This document shows positions 27,660 through 39,291 of a DNA stretch of 40,947 bases, one piece after another. The stretch's first letter is position 1. Each line of letters starts with the position of its first letter. Source of the stretch: Bigelowiella natans CCMP2755. Its lineage: Eukaryota; Protista; Cercozoa. The notes beneath the pieces were generated by a model, which saw nothing but the letters and a program-made list of their open reading frames with translations, was not told the DNA's origin and made no database searches. The DNA lies in the NCBI GenBank assembly GCA_000320545.1, contig ADNK01000782.1, forward strand, positions 1-40,947, in the 5' to 3' direction. A program made the position numbers and the translations under genes.

Positions 27660-28397
27660 TATATAAAACAACCACCTGCCACTGCAAGAAAGTATATTCT
27701 TTCTTGATAATGATGGTTGAGAGGACCGCTGAGAGTGGGAGCTTCAGCTGGCCTAAGATCTTCACGAACGGGGCGCTAAAATGCTCGAAAGCAGCTAACT
27801 GGCCTTCAAATCGTGAAAAACACGCAGCGTCGATACGCATCAGTACAGCGACAGAGCTTGTGTGCAACGAGATGTTAGATGTAATGATACAATGGCCTAC
27901 AAGCATCATGTATGCTTGCATTATCATCAGCAGCAACCCACCTCCCATGGAAAAGGCAAAGGAAGCGGCGATTGGAAATAAACTTATCCAAGACTTAACA
28001 TCGAATATCTGCCGGACCTGAGCGGCACACATTAGAGATGAGCTTCGACTACTTTAATCTATACCAGTTTTCATTGAAGGAATGCTAAAATCCTTTTCAT
28101 GGATGCAAATGATCTCGCCACAGCTGCTATGCTAGGTTGACACACGTCAAACACAAAACACACACGCACGCGCACAAGAGCACGTCTGGTACAGCTGTTC
28201 CATGCACTCACCCCTGCGGTATGGTTTCTCGCTACGGCGACACTAGTTCCCAGGGCGAAGGATATCATTGATTGCATCAGCAACACAGTCTGCTTTGTGT
28301 GCTGTGAGGATGATGGACGATGATTATGTGAATATTTATATGATACATTAAACAACAAGAAATCAAGCATGAATCTTCAGAGAAAGGAAGGGGGGAG

Positions 28398-28429
<32 letters not shown>

Positions 28430-29183
28430 GCATAAATTTTCTTGGTTGTATTGTTGATGGCAATACCTCTTTCGACGCTATTCCGTTAATATAATAGACT
28501 CCTATGTCTACACACACGTATACCTGTGAAATAGATCAGCAAGGTTTTTAGATGAGAGTAGCAATAAAAATGTTACTGATTCGTTAACAGGACTCGCTGC
28601 TGATAGAACGAACAACATGGCTTGCTATTTGCTGAAGAACTATTCAAAGCATTTGTGATAATATAATAACATTTTCGTTCATTAGATGATGCTTCATCAC
28701 TGTACTGAGAGCAGAAGCGCGCTGAACTTTGGAGAATCCGTAAATCTCCTCCATGCCATCTTCAGCCTCTGCGCCCGACTTAAAGACTCCCAATCAGGAT
28801 TAACGAAATCCGTAGTGCCAACGCTGCCAGTTTCTTTGCACAGGTATAAGAATCAGGCGCAACAATACATTCATACAAAAAGCAATATCAGGGGCAGAAA
28901 TAACGGGGTTGTACACATCATAAAAACTACCTTCTTCGGCGACAGCAACGACAGATTTAGATATTGGTAGCGAGCCTTCATTAAGGACCACGTTAGGTTC
29001 AGTCTCGCTGCTGTTCATTGTGGAGTTGTCGTTGCTGCTGCTGCTATCGTCCCCCGGAGTCATGCTGGCTGTTGACTTCGACGAAGACGAGAGGGATAGA
29101 TGCTGTTGAAGGATCGGTTGGGAGGAGAACGACCACGAAGGCTTAGAGAATATATTAGAGATAAGGGATGAGGATGGAGCCAT
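25173..29183 (-). CDS. Nucleotide-sugar transporter (SLC35A / CMP-sialic acid/UDP-galactose-like family)
   Basis: Exon ...FSAPFVKILGQLKLPLSAVLSTIIIKKEYTFLQWQ (27676-27800) matches the SLC35A Q+K+..TA+.S..++.+.....QW motif. Multiple transmembrane exons and a Ser-rich N-terminus. Stop at 25173. Confidence 0.8.
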
Positions 29184-30541
29184 GTCTTTGGTAAAGGAGG
29201 AGGAAGAGGAGGAATATAAATAGCGGCCTTTTATCATCTTGCGCTGTCTCAGCAGCGAAGAACTCGGATTGAGTGCGTTTGCAGTCCTCCAAAGATGCCT
29301 CTGTGGAGGGGGAGGGCTATGTGTGAACGAATGGTCGTCATATGAAGGGCTCGCTCGAAAATTCTTATATAAGGGAGCACGGATTTGCTTGAGTTGGGGT
29401 ATTATTCTTGAAACAGGCGTGGACAGGGAGTTCCCGAACCCTGAAACAATCGATTTGTATATAATTATGATTATCAGAGCCTTTTGTCGCAGTATTTCGC
29501 ACTACTAAAACTTATACACCTTTAAAAATGATTTACCTTTTGCATCGAAAGTTTGCAGGAGAATAGAGAATGCAATGGTGACAGAAGGCCATTGGTGCCT
29601 CGTCATCGGGAATCTATCAAAAGTAGGTGAAATTGCAGGCCAGACGAAAATCAACACGACAACGAGCAGAGTTAGTCTTGATATGACAATGTAGAATAAC
29701 AATAACAACATATTCTCAAGATATCTTGCATATAAAGGGGCGCTCATATAATAATGACGTCAAATCATCTCCCCCTCGGATGGATGTTCGATTGTGTGTT
29801 CGTTCGGCAACATCTACGGCACATTGTTGCCAACCTGCAGGAAACTATCTTCCCTGCCTTTCTCCCGTCGACCGAAATGTTTGACCCTGTTTACATTGTG
29901 ATCAAATCGTGACAAATCAACACGAGATACGTAAGCTTGAAAGATGAAGGTGTTGGCTGCGGATGAATGTCAACCAAGCAGAGATGGGGTACCCTACTCG
30001 AGTGCTCGGAGGCCCAGCGAAGCCAGTCAGACTGTAAAAAATGATGAGATAAACATGAAAAGCGTGAAACCCAAGCTAATTCTTACAATATGCCATAATA
30101 TTATCTTGTCTCAGGTCGTAATGCACGGGATTTGCTATGATTATCACCACAAAAATGCATTTGGTTCGGATAAATAAGATTTATCATCTGGGAATATCTC
30201 ACATTTTATTGTCGCGATGAATAAACGCCCAGAGATTCTTGCGGCGTTAAATTCGGTTCCGATTTGGAATGAAACACACGAAATCTTGGCCTTTCCGCAC
30301 GAGCACGCACTGCACAGTTCGTGTCATAGATGTCAGCCGGTCCAGCAAATCACGATTTTCCCTCAAAATACAAGCGAATTTTGGCCAAAGACAAGCGAAC
30401 TGAGGTGTCGTCGTAGTTAAAATTGAATAAAATTGGTGCACCGTGTCATGAGCATCACCATCACATCATCGTTCATCACAACACGGAACAAATTGAATTT
30501 GAATTTTGAACCTACAGCACGCAGAAACCAAATTGACGAGA

Positions 30542-32414
30542 ATGCTCAAACGTTGCGTTGGATTAACAGTTCTATTGATGGCTTCAGTCGTAGGGGGACA
30601 CACTCTTCGAACGAGGAAAGGCCAGAGTGATGTGCGGTCGCATCTCCAATTGGATCAGGTCCTGAATTGAAAAATTACTATGTCCAATCTCATTTGCGAC
30701 ATCATAATTCTTCTCAGGAATGGCTAATCGTGGGGGAGGGGAAGAACAAGACAGACTACACTAAGAAGACTTTCAGCGGAATCAATGTCTTCAAGCACAT
30801 CAGCGAGAAAATCTACAGGGACAAGACTGGAAAGGCAAGACAGTTTGCAGACAAGTTATATGAAAAGTTGATTAGCATGGAGGAATCTGATTTGGCGACG
30901 AGGGTCGATGAGGAAGAGCAATATGGGAATCTACCAAAGTAAATACCATATCGTTTGTTTCACCGTCATTCTATGTATCTGCCATGTCCTTGTCGTAGCA
31001 ATACTTACACCAAAAAGAATATATAACACTTCCTTTGACATCAATTTTGCAGCCTGTCATTGAATACAACATCTTAGTTAAGTGCAGACTCACATAATAT
31101 GATGATGATCACAATCTCTTTTTTAATAGAGACATGAAGGACTGGGTGAAAGGCTACGATAAATTAGTGATAGAGGATCTTAAAAAATGGCCAAGCCTCC
31201 ACAAAGCGAATCTGTTTCATTGGATTCGTCATTTCACATTTGGAGAGGATCAAGAGGGAGACAAATTCGCAGTAAACCCTCTTTTTGGTCGAGAGAAGCA
31301 CAATCGATACTACAAGAGTTTATGGGACTTGGCAAGAGCTCTATATGGTTGGGAGTCTTCTTTCCCCAATCTCTTGCAGGAGTATCAAATTGCATCTGAA
31401 CTTAGTGCCAACCATTGTGTTAACAAGCGCTACGATCAGATATTAAATAAGATACATGCTTTTCTGGAGAATCCGTACACTAGGGAGGAAAGCACCGCAA
31501 TTCCTAGCTATGGCAAATATCTCAAAGAAAAGATCGAAGAGGTCGTCGAGAAGGCAAAAATTGATTTCAGATCAAATGAGCGTACATGGGATGACGGCGT
31601 ATTATGGGCGAATTACTATACCCGGAACTTCGGAAATAAGAATGGTCCTTTTGGCCCTGTGCCATCTAATTTCATGCCTATCTTAGAGGATCCGAGCGTT
31701 ATCAATCTTCCCCATCGAGATGGAGACGACAATCTCAGCGAAGCTCAGCGTAGATTTTTTGTAAAGGTGTCCATTTTGCACGATATATCTATCTGGTTCA
31801 AGGAATGCCCCGGATTTACCAAGGAAACAAAACAGAAACTTTGGAGTCCCGTCCAATGGAGGAATTTTCCAGCAGCTATTGCGATGCAGGAAAACGGCTT
31901 CCCATTAGATCATGTGAATCACAAGCGTCCAGAAAAGGCATGGATTCCTGTTGATGCCGAAGCAAAAAGCTGGAGTAATGATACCAAATATTCGACTGAA
32001 GAGACAAACCCTGCATTTCTTTTCGCACGCAGGTACAAGATTCCAATGTGGGGGCGGCATTCTTATACAGTGAGTCACGAATTGAGGCTCCTCGATTTGA
32101 TTAATCAATACCAATCTGAAACTCGATTCGACGCTTTGGATTTCGCTGTTGTGATGTGGAGTCAAGCCGCTTGGTGGAGGCAATTTTATGATCACACAAA
32201 AAACCTTCCATACCACACCTTCCATGAAACACTCGATGGCCAGTGCGATTTTATAAATTCTAAAACACATAGTTTTGAATACAGCCTATGCTATATACCT
32301 CCAGTTGGGCTTTGCGAAAACTGTTTGGGGAATAGAAGTGACAATGGAGCTTATGAACCAAATAACCTTAAACAGCTATTCGTTTGGCAGAAAATCACTC
32401 AAAATTGCGATTAG
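30542..32414 (+). CDS. Secreted ~540-aa protein with a putative bacterial toxin/effector-like domain; exons 30542-30658, 30718-30938, 31130-32414
   Basis: Exon lengths 117+221+1285 nt = 541 codons including stop, with GT-AG introns and matching phases. N-terminus MLKRCVGLTVLLMASVVGG looks like a classical signal peptide. The gene model is well supported; the domain call is by motif recollection only. Confidence 0.8.
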
Positions 32415-32530
32415 ATCGATTACTCCATACAAGTCTAATCAAAGCCATACATATAAGTGTATACAATAGCGCGCGCGCGCGCACACACACACATGTATAT
32501 ATTGTATATATATATATATATATTTATATA

Positions 32531-32574
<44 letters not shown>

Positions 32575-33072
32575 ACAGATTATACATCATACATATTTAA
32601 ACCGTTTTGTTAGAAGGATTCGGGGCTCAAAATAACAACACTAAGCTTGCTAGCTTGAACAAGTATTTGCGATCACGGCTAGCTTTAACGATCAAATGCA
32701 TCATACATACTTATCAGATATGTCTATCACATAAAACCCAATTGTATCAGCTTGTCTGAGAGCTCTCTAGCTCTAGAGCTATATGATGAAGTATCATCAC
32801 TGACGACTTACATCATTACACCACCATAACAATCAATTACAACTGGTCTATATGTGCATGCGCAAGCTAGCAAGTAACTTCGCTTCATGGCATGGTTTGC
32901 GATTGATAGCTGTGTTTGTACTTACAGCGTGGCACATGTTCGTAGGCATTGCTAGATTGTGACAGCATGATCTAGTGATGTGCATCATCACAAAAGTGCT
33001 TCTTACAAGATGTTCGTCGTGTGTCGCGTGAGCTCTTCTGCAGCTCTAGAGCTTGCTTGTCGCCACAATCAA

Positions 33073-33101
33073 CACATGCGACATGCTACATGTCGCATGT
33101 G
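33073..33101. other. Perfect 13-bp hairpin with 3-nt loop in a convergent intergenic region
   Basis: CACATGCGACATG-cta-CATGTCGCATGTG. Confidence 0.7.
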
Positions 33102-33463
33102 GAACAATTGCATCCAATGTGCATGCACTAGTCTAGCTAGCTAGCAGTGTGAGATTCCACATTTCTTGATTGTGTGACCATGCTAGCATGATTTCGAAAA
33201 TTGCTAAATCTTGAATGGGCTAATTGTGCACATTTAATTTGGGTGGCATTCCGTGCATGAAATTTGTTGAATGACGTGTCTAGATGTGGTGAACAAAAAT
33301 TGAATGGTGCAATGAGTCAATGAGTGCATGCACGGATGTACATAGTCAGCAACACCATGATGATGTTGATGTGAAGTAGCACAAATTTTACATCACATGC
33401 GTCAACATGACATGCATTAACTATTGAATCAGATAGTCAGAAAGTCTTAGTGGGCAGATCCCA

Positions 33464-35148
33464 TCACTTGATCGGAGATTTAGCTTCTGCTAGAGTTTTT
33501 GTTAGCCAGGGATCCTTTAGGATGCCAGCGATATTGATTCTTTTACGGGGATTAACTTGTAGCATTCTTGACACTAATCTTTTGGCTCCTTTGCTTATAT
33601 CTGTCCAGTAAGGGTCTGAATAGAACAAATAAAACTGTAATCTTAGGTTGATCAATAACCGTGTGCTGCAAATGCTCACCATGAAATGAATATTCTCCAG
33701 CCTTTATCAATTCAAATAGCTGAGCATGTTTCTCATGAAAAAATGGGGGGTAACCGCAGAGCATACTGTACGTAATCTGTGATTCAGAAAGAAGCCTTAG
33801 ACAAAGATAAAATTATTTTTTATGTTTATTCTTAAATACCACTCCTAGGCTCCATATATCAATCCTTTCATCATAACTATACGATTCAGAGCAAATGAGT
33901 AATTATTCAAGGGTATTTGGGGGGAAACTATCGACCTTTTTTGCTCCAAAATCTCTGGGGCAACATAACCTGTTTTGTGATATTCTAATAAGATTGAATA
34001 CATATTTTTCAGACTTGGTCATAACACCTGGGGTCCCACATGGAGTAGTTACTTTATTCCCATCGTCATCACCTGAGATCACAAAGGAGACTTTTCGTAC
34101 TTCTACGTGAATAGTTGTAAAATAAGTACATGCGTGAGTTTAGATAGTGATACCTGCTGCAGATTTTATTTCAGTCCCGAATCTTGCATTCGTCCGGTCC
34201 TTTGCTAGTGAGAAGTTGCAAACCTTGGGACAAATAAAGATAAGAAAACAATCACAACAATTTCAAAATCTAACCTTCGGAGTTCCCGAGTCACAGTATT
34301 CTGCAAAAAGGATATTTTCCGGTTTTAAATCACGATGAATAATGCCTCGCTCATGCCTAAGTATTGACATCATTACTTGCTTAATGACAACGCCAAATAT
34401 ACTCTTTTACATGTGATTTAGTGCCAGGGCTAATGATCGAGTGATTTTTGCAGCTTCTACTTCGGATAGTTTATTCTAGAAACAAATCTCATGATAATGG
34501 GATTATTTTATCACGATGGGATACGAAGTTCGTCGATTAGACTACCTTTGCCACAATTCGATCAAAGAGATCTCCTCCATCGAGCAATTCCATGACGACA
34601 TATACCTAGACATAAGATTAAATTCTTTTGACAATTAGCCAAATCTTGCCTACTAATGGTGAAAACCCACCTTCTTTTGAGTGTCATAGACATCTAGCAC
34701 CTAGAGAAATAATAGAATAACGTTCAAAAACAAAATTTTCAGAGGAGATTATTTATTTATTAGCGTACCCCTGGAATATTTGGGTGTCTGAGCCTCATCT
34801 GGATGCGGACTTCTTCAACAATTTCAGCTAGTTGATCTCTATCAAAATCTTCATCAATGACATTATAAATAAATATGCGCAAACAATTTACCGAAGTCCG
34901 GTCTTTTTAATAACTCTCACTGCAACTTCTACACCATCTCTTTTCCGAATTGCTTTCTTAACCACCGCTATGCTTCCACGACCTATGATCTTTGATCTTT
35001 GTGAATGTTGGCTATAAATAAATTACATGATAAGAATTTAGTAACTTGCCTGCATGATATCATATTTTTTTTCTAAGTCTGCCGGTCTGACATTTTTTCC
35101 TGATTGCAAAATTTTGTAGAGTTTTTCTTTCGTCATTGCATTAGACAT
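33464..35148 (-). CDS. CaMK1-like kinase-fold protein, probable pseudokinase (~13 exons)
   Basis: Spliced: [133 protein letters not shown]. Confidence 0.9.
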
Positions 35149-35556
35149 CGTGATGATGATGACATGCAGAGTATGACATCGAGAAAATGCAAGACGATGG
35201 GCCACGAATATTGAATTCTTTTCCCTAGAAGGCTTGCCGGCGAAAATGCAAGACACACTGCACTACCTGTGAGGTTCCCCATGGCCTCCTTTGCGGTGTG
35301 TGTGTGTGTGTGCGTGCAGTGTGTTTGTTGCTCTCTGTTGGTACCAACAGTACCAACCTCTTCCCACAGGCAAAATGCCCTGAATTCATGCCTTGCGACA
35401 ACAATATCATCCCTTGTTCATCCTCCAACCCCCTGTCACCGGAACCCACCACCACACAGCTGTGCTCTCTTTCTCGTTCCGATTGTCAATTGTAGTCCTC
35501 CACAACACTTGCACACACACGGCGAGAATTCAATTACCGTTGTTGCATGCGTAACC

Positions 35557-36135
35557 ATGTTGGAGGATCTTTTCAGTTTCGCCAGGCGTTCTGCCAAGCT
35601 CATCGTGCACTTCTTCAAAGATGACAGCATCCTAGCCAAGCGCTTGCCTCACATCTACGGCCCCAATTCCGTTCTGACGTACTTGTACAAACTCTATGGC
35701 GCTTCTTTCATTGGCTTCCTTTTGTGTGGCCGATTCGACATATTGATTGTGAACGTTGGAGGTTTTGTTGTCAACGCAGTGGGCGTCGGCTCGATGCTTG
35801 GGGTGTATGGTGGACTTACGAAGCTTGCGTCGATTCCCCATTTCGTTGGGCTAGGATTTCCTGCATTGGTAGTATGGAGAAATTTCCAACTCATGTCAAG
35901 GATTGAATCTCCACTGGCCTGGATCTCATGTTTAGCTTCCCTTGCGTTCTACATTCCGGTGCTCGTGGGCGACATCGGTGAGCTGTATCAGGTGTTTGGA
36001 CAGGGGAAGTACTTCGTTCTGATGCCGGATGGTGTTGTGCATCCACTGAAGACGTGGGTAAAACCCGACGTGTCCATCAAGTTGGACATGGCCGCTATGT
36101 TCATGACTGCTATCCCAGCTGCAGATGACAAATGA
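35557..36135 (+). CDS. Intronless small multi-pass membrane protein, unknown function (192 aa)
   Basis: Uninterrupted frame from ATG 35557 with about four hydrophobic segments, including GLTKLASIPHF and VLVGDIGELYQVFGQG. The upstream part of the ORF-track entry (35269-35556) contains a GT microsatellite and is likely non-coding. Confidence 0.75.
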   Translation: MLEDLFSFARRSAKLIVHFFKDDSILAKRLPHIYGPNSVLTYLYKLYGASFIGFLLCGRFDILIVNVGGFVVNAVGVGSMLGVYGGLTKLASIPHFVGLGFPALVVWRNFQLMSRIESPLAWISCLASLAFYIPVLVGDIGELYQVFGQGKYFVLMPDGVVHPLKTWVKPDVSIKLDMAAMFMTAIPAADDK

Positions 36136-36607
36136 TCGCTGATCACCACAGCTGTGTACGCACGAATAGCATGTGTAGTCACATTCGCCAGAAGCAAATG
36201 AGGTGCAACAATGTACAGGCTCCGAAACATGTAGTCATCATAGCAACGCATAAGATTATTTATATAGCAGCAGTGCCCGTGTACATAGCTAATTTTTGTC
36301 GCATTTCATTGCCAGAGTTGCCCTTCGTATCAGTCTCTGCTAGATGTGCATGAGCGTACGGACATCAATCACATGCACAATGCATGTGCAATTGTGCGCA
36401 TGTCTGTGCACAATAAGATGTATGTTGTGTGCGTGTATTAGGTGCACAAAATGCTGCTACGTAAGCAAGAGGCTCATTATTGTCATTGATCTTTCTAGCT
36501 TTGCATCAGCATTGCTAGATTGAAACATGCGCTGGCTCCTGCGTCCGCTGTTTTTCGATTACAAGTATTGCTTAACTCGCACATTAGGCAGCGACTTTGC
36601 ATCGCCA

Positions 36608-38703
36608 TTAATCAGGATCTTCGGGGATTAAAGGTACAACATCATTGTCCTTGACATCTATAACGTAACCTGTGAAATACATCCTTCAATTAATAATGTG
36701 TTTTTAGCAATGGGAAGAGTTTTACCCTTTGCAGAAGTCTTCTCACCGATTCCTGTTCCAACAGATATTTCGAAATCGATTGGGAAGCAGCAGAGCAATG
36801 ATAATAGAAAAAGAAAAAGAGGGAGGGGGAGGAGGAGTCACGAAATTTGTAATAAAACCGCTAAGATAAAGAAGATGTGTAATACCGTGAGCTTTCATCA
36901 CATGCTTGATGCCCATCTCAACATTCCGAAATCGGAAGTGACACTAGAGTTTATATAACGACCCCAACCGTGATTACGATGACATAAAACCACGTGTTAG
37001 TAGTATATGTATCCATGAAAATACCTCAGAACATTTCAATTTTCGCATCTCATAGTGAGAGAGCTGATGGTTCTCGAGATTGGCAAGAGTCGTAAACCTG
37101 ACAATGGTTGTTCGATTTTAAGTGCTCCCACCGTTGGTCCCATCAAATATCCAGTAGGAATTTGGAAAGGATATGAGACAAAGATATAAAAGAGAATTAA
37201 GGAGGTAGAGGCGACATCATCATGAAACATTACGAATCTCCAATTTATGATCCAACAGTACTGGAAATAGCATTTAAGACTGAAATTCTCACCCTAAATT
37301 GCACACTTTACACCGAAACGGCTTCGTTCGAGTGTGAATGTGCTTATGAACCCGTAGATTTGTCAGTTGTGAAAATCTGAGAGAAAGACAGGCGAAGAAT
37401 GAAAACAGCGTTTTCACTGCAAAAAGGCTCTAGAGGTGTTGCTACCTTTTCGAACAGTTCTTGCAACGGAATGGTTTATACCCAGAATGTACCCTACATG
37501 AATTTATTAATGTAAGATAATAAGGAATGGGGGAAGAGGTTATGGATTCTCGCACTGCTCGGCACCTTTCATGGGAAAAAAGTTCTCCAGAGGATACAAA
37601 TGTAGCGTTGCACTTCTCGCATCTGAAACAAGAGATTGTTGCATGGCAGGTGGTTGGTGTCAATCACTTCACTATGTAGAAATATTGCGAGTGTAAAATA
37701 CGTTTTATGGATCAGTCAATTTAGGAGAAAACCGTTTGTTTTTCCTTCCTGTATGAGTGTCAACATGTCTCCGAAAGTTGGCCTTGTCTGAGAAAGCTGT
37801 GTGTGCGGGGCAATATCTCAACATACCTTTCATAACCCTTTTCAATGGATTATACAATTCGACTGTGTTATCTACCTTTCGAGCATATTGAGCAGTTGAA
37901 GGGGCGTTCTCCCGTGTGAATTCGAAAGTGAGTCTTTGTATCATGCAATATTTAAGGCTTCACAATCAACTGACAGTCGAAAAAGAGAATTGTAATCTGA
38001 CCAGAAGAGTTGAGCGGCGAGAGAAAGTTCGTCCACAAATCGAACAATTCTTGCTGGTACTATTACTTGGTGCCTAGAATCACAAAAATAACTTCAGACT
38101 TCGGACAATGCAAGCATCGTTTTAAACACCTTTCGTCTGCGGCTGCAATTGTGTTCGAGGAAATGTTGTCTTTGGATAAAGTGCCTTTCACACCGCTGAC
38201 ACTTTACGGAATGTTCCAAAGTTGTTACAAACAAAGAATTGTTGAATTAAAATAGTGCTACCATAAATGGTTTGTGCGGACTATGCAAAAGCGAGTGACG
38301 CCTGTAGTTTGAGATATCATTGAACCCTGGTAGCAATACAATATACACTGTTCAGGTTCTATTCATTCGACGGTGTTCGTCCTAGAAGGAAATATGCTAC
38401 CTTTGTAGCATATGGAGCAATTGTACACTTTTTGAATATTCTTCCGTGCATACTGAACCCGCACATGCTGGTATGTTTCACAACACTGTCAGCGAGTGTC
38501 TTCGCCGTAGGCATTTGGGTATTCGATTATGGCTGCATATTGTTATGATGAGGGTTTCGAACTACCTCGTCGCGAGAAGGCCTCATGATTATCCCCTCCG
38601 TCGCCACGTCGTAGTTGCTATTGATGGTCACCTGGGAGGAGTATGTTAGAACTGGGAACGAGAGCGCGCAATGTTTCTGACCCAGAAGAGCAGCCACATC
38701 CAT
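36608..38703 (-). CDS. C2H2 (Kruppel-type) zinc-finger protein; start not resolved
   Basis: Spliced fingers [111 protein letters not shown] with TGE+P-type linkers. Probable last exon ends PEDPD-TAA at 36608. Confidence 0.85.
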
Positions 38704-39291
38704 CCTGCAATGAGCCTGTTGCTCGAATACCCTTTTAGGTTCCTAATATACGCTCCACTGGGTGGAAACGGGGTCTCCGCACTTCATGCTGAGTCGTTGA
38801 TCATGGCCTACTCCTCGGGTCACGGGTCACGAGGCAAACAGAGACTGCGGTGACGGTGCGGAAAATATCCAACATTCCTGTCCTGCGACAAACCAATTTG
38901 TACTGTCGTAGTTATAAAACCTATGATGTTTTGCTGATTCTGGTTTTTCTTTTTATCTTGGAATTCGGATCACGCTTTGTTGGAGCATCATCCAGAGAGC
39001 AGGATTGACAGTGGTGAGTTCGAGTGGGAGGCCATCTGTTACCAGCCTGCGACAAGAATCATGGATGAACTTGTTTCATGACAGGCAAGCAGAGTGCGAC
39101 ATGCAGGGGAGGACGATGAGTCGGCACCTGCTCCGATGATTCTTGTACTCAAGCATTGGAAATGAAACACTTCATTCATTCATTCCTTCACGCACCATTC
39201 ATGTGGATGAGTTGGCATGTCTGACGATCCCTTCGATTCAAGCATTGGAACCTTCATTCACTTGTTCATTCGTTTGTTCACTCGTTCACTC

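Larger units (their letters stand above)
361..28430. repeat. Dense microsatellites ((AG)n, (AT)n, (AC)n, (AAG)n, (ATC)n, (AGT)n, (AGG)n, poly-G/C), mostly intronic
   Basis: Directly visible, e.g. (AT)n 3019-3104, (CTT)n/(CTA)n 13455-13536, (AG)n 12611-12644, (CCT)n 22190-22228. Confidence 0.95.

Noticed and set aside
1272-28430. Numerous ORF-track entries with poly-S/L/M/D/V or YI, CV, ER, SL dipeptide runs
   Set aside because: They are translations of intronic microsatellites in stop-free frames and mostly overlap or oppose the spliced genes.
29240-30540. Short ORFs and a 7-bp stem (GGCAACA...TGTTGCC, ~29806-29831) in the divergent spacer
   Set aside because: No recognisable domain or RNA-gene motif; stem length is within chance expectation.
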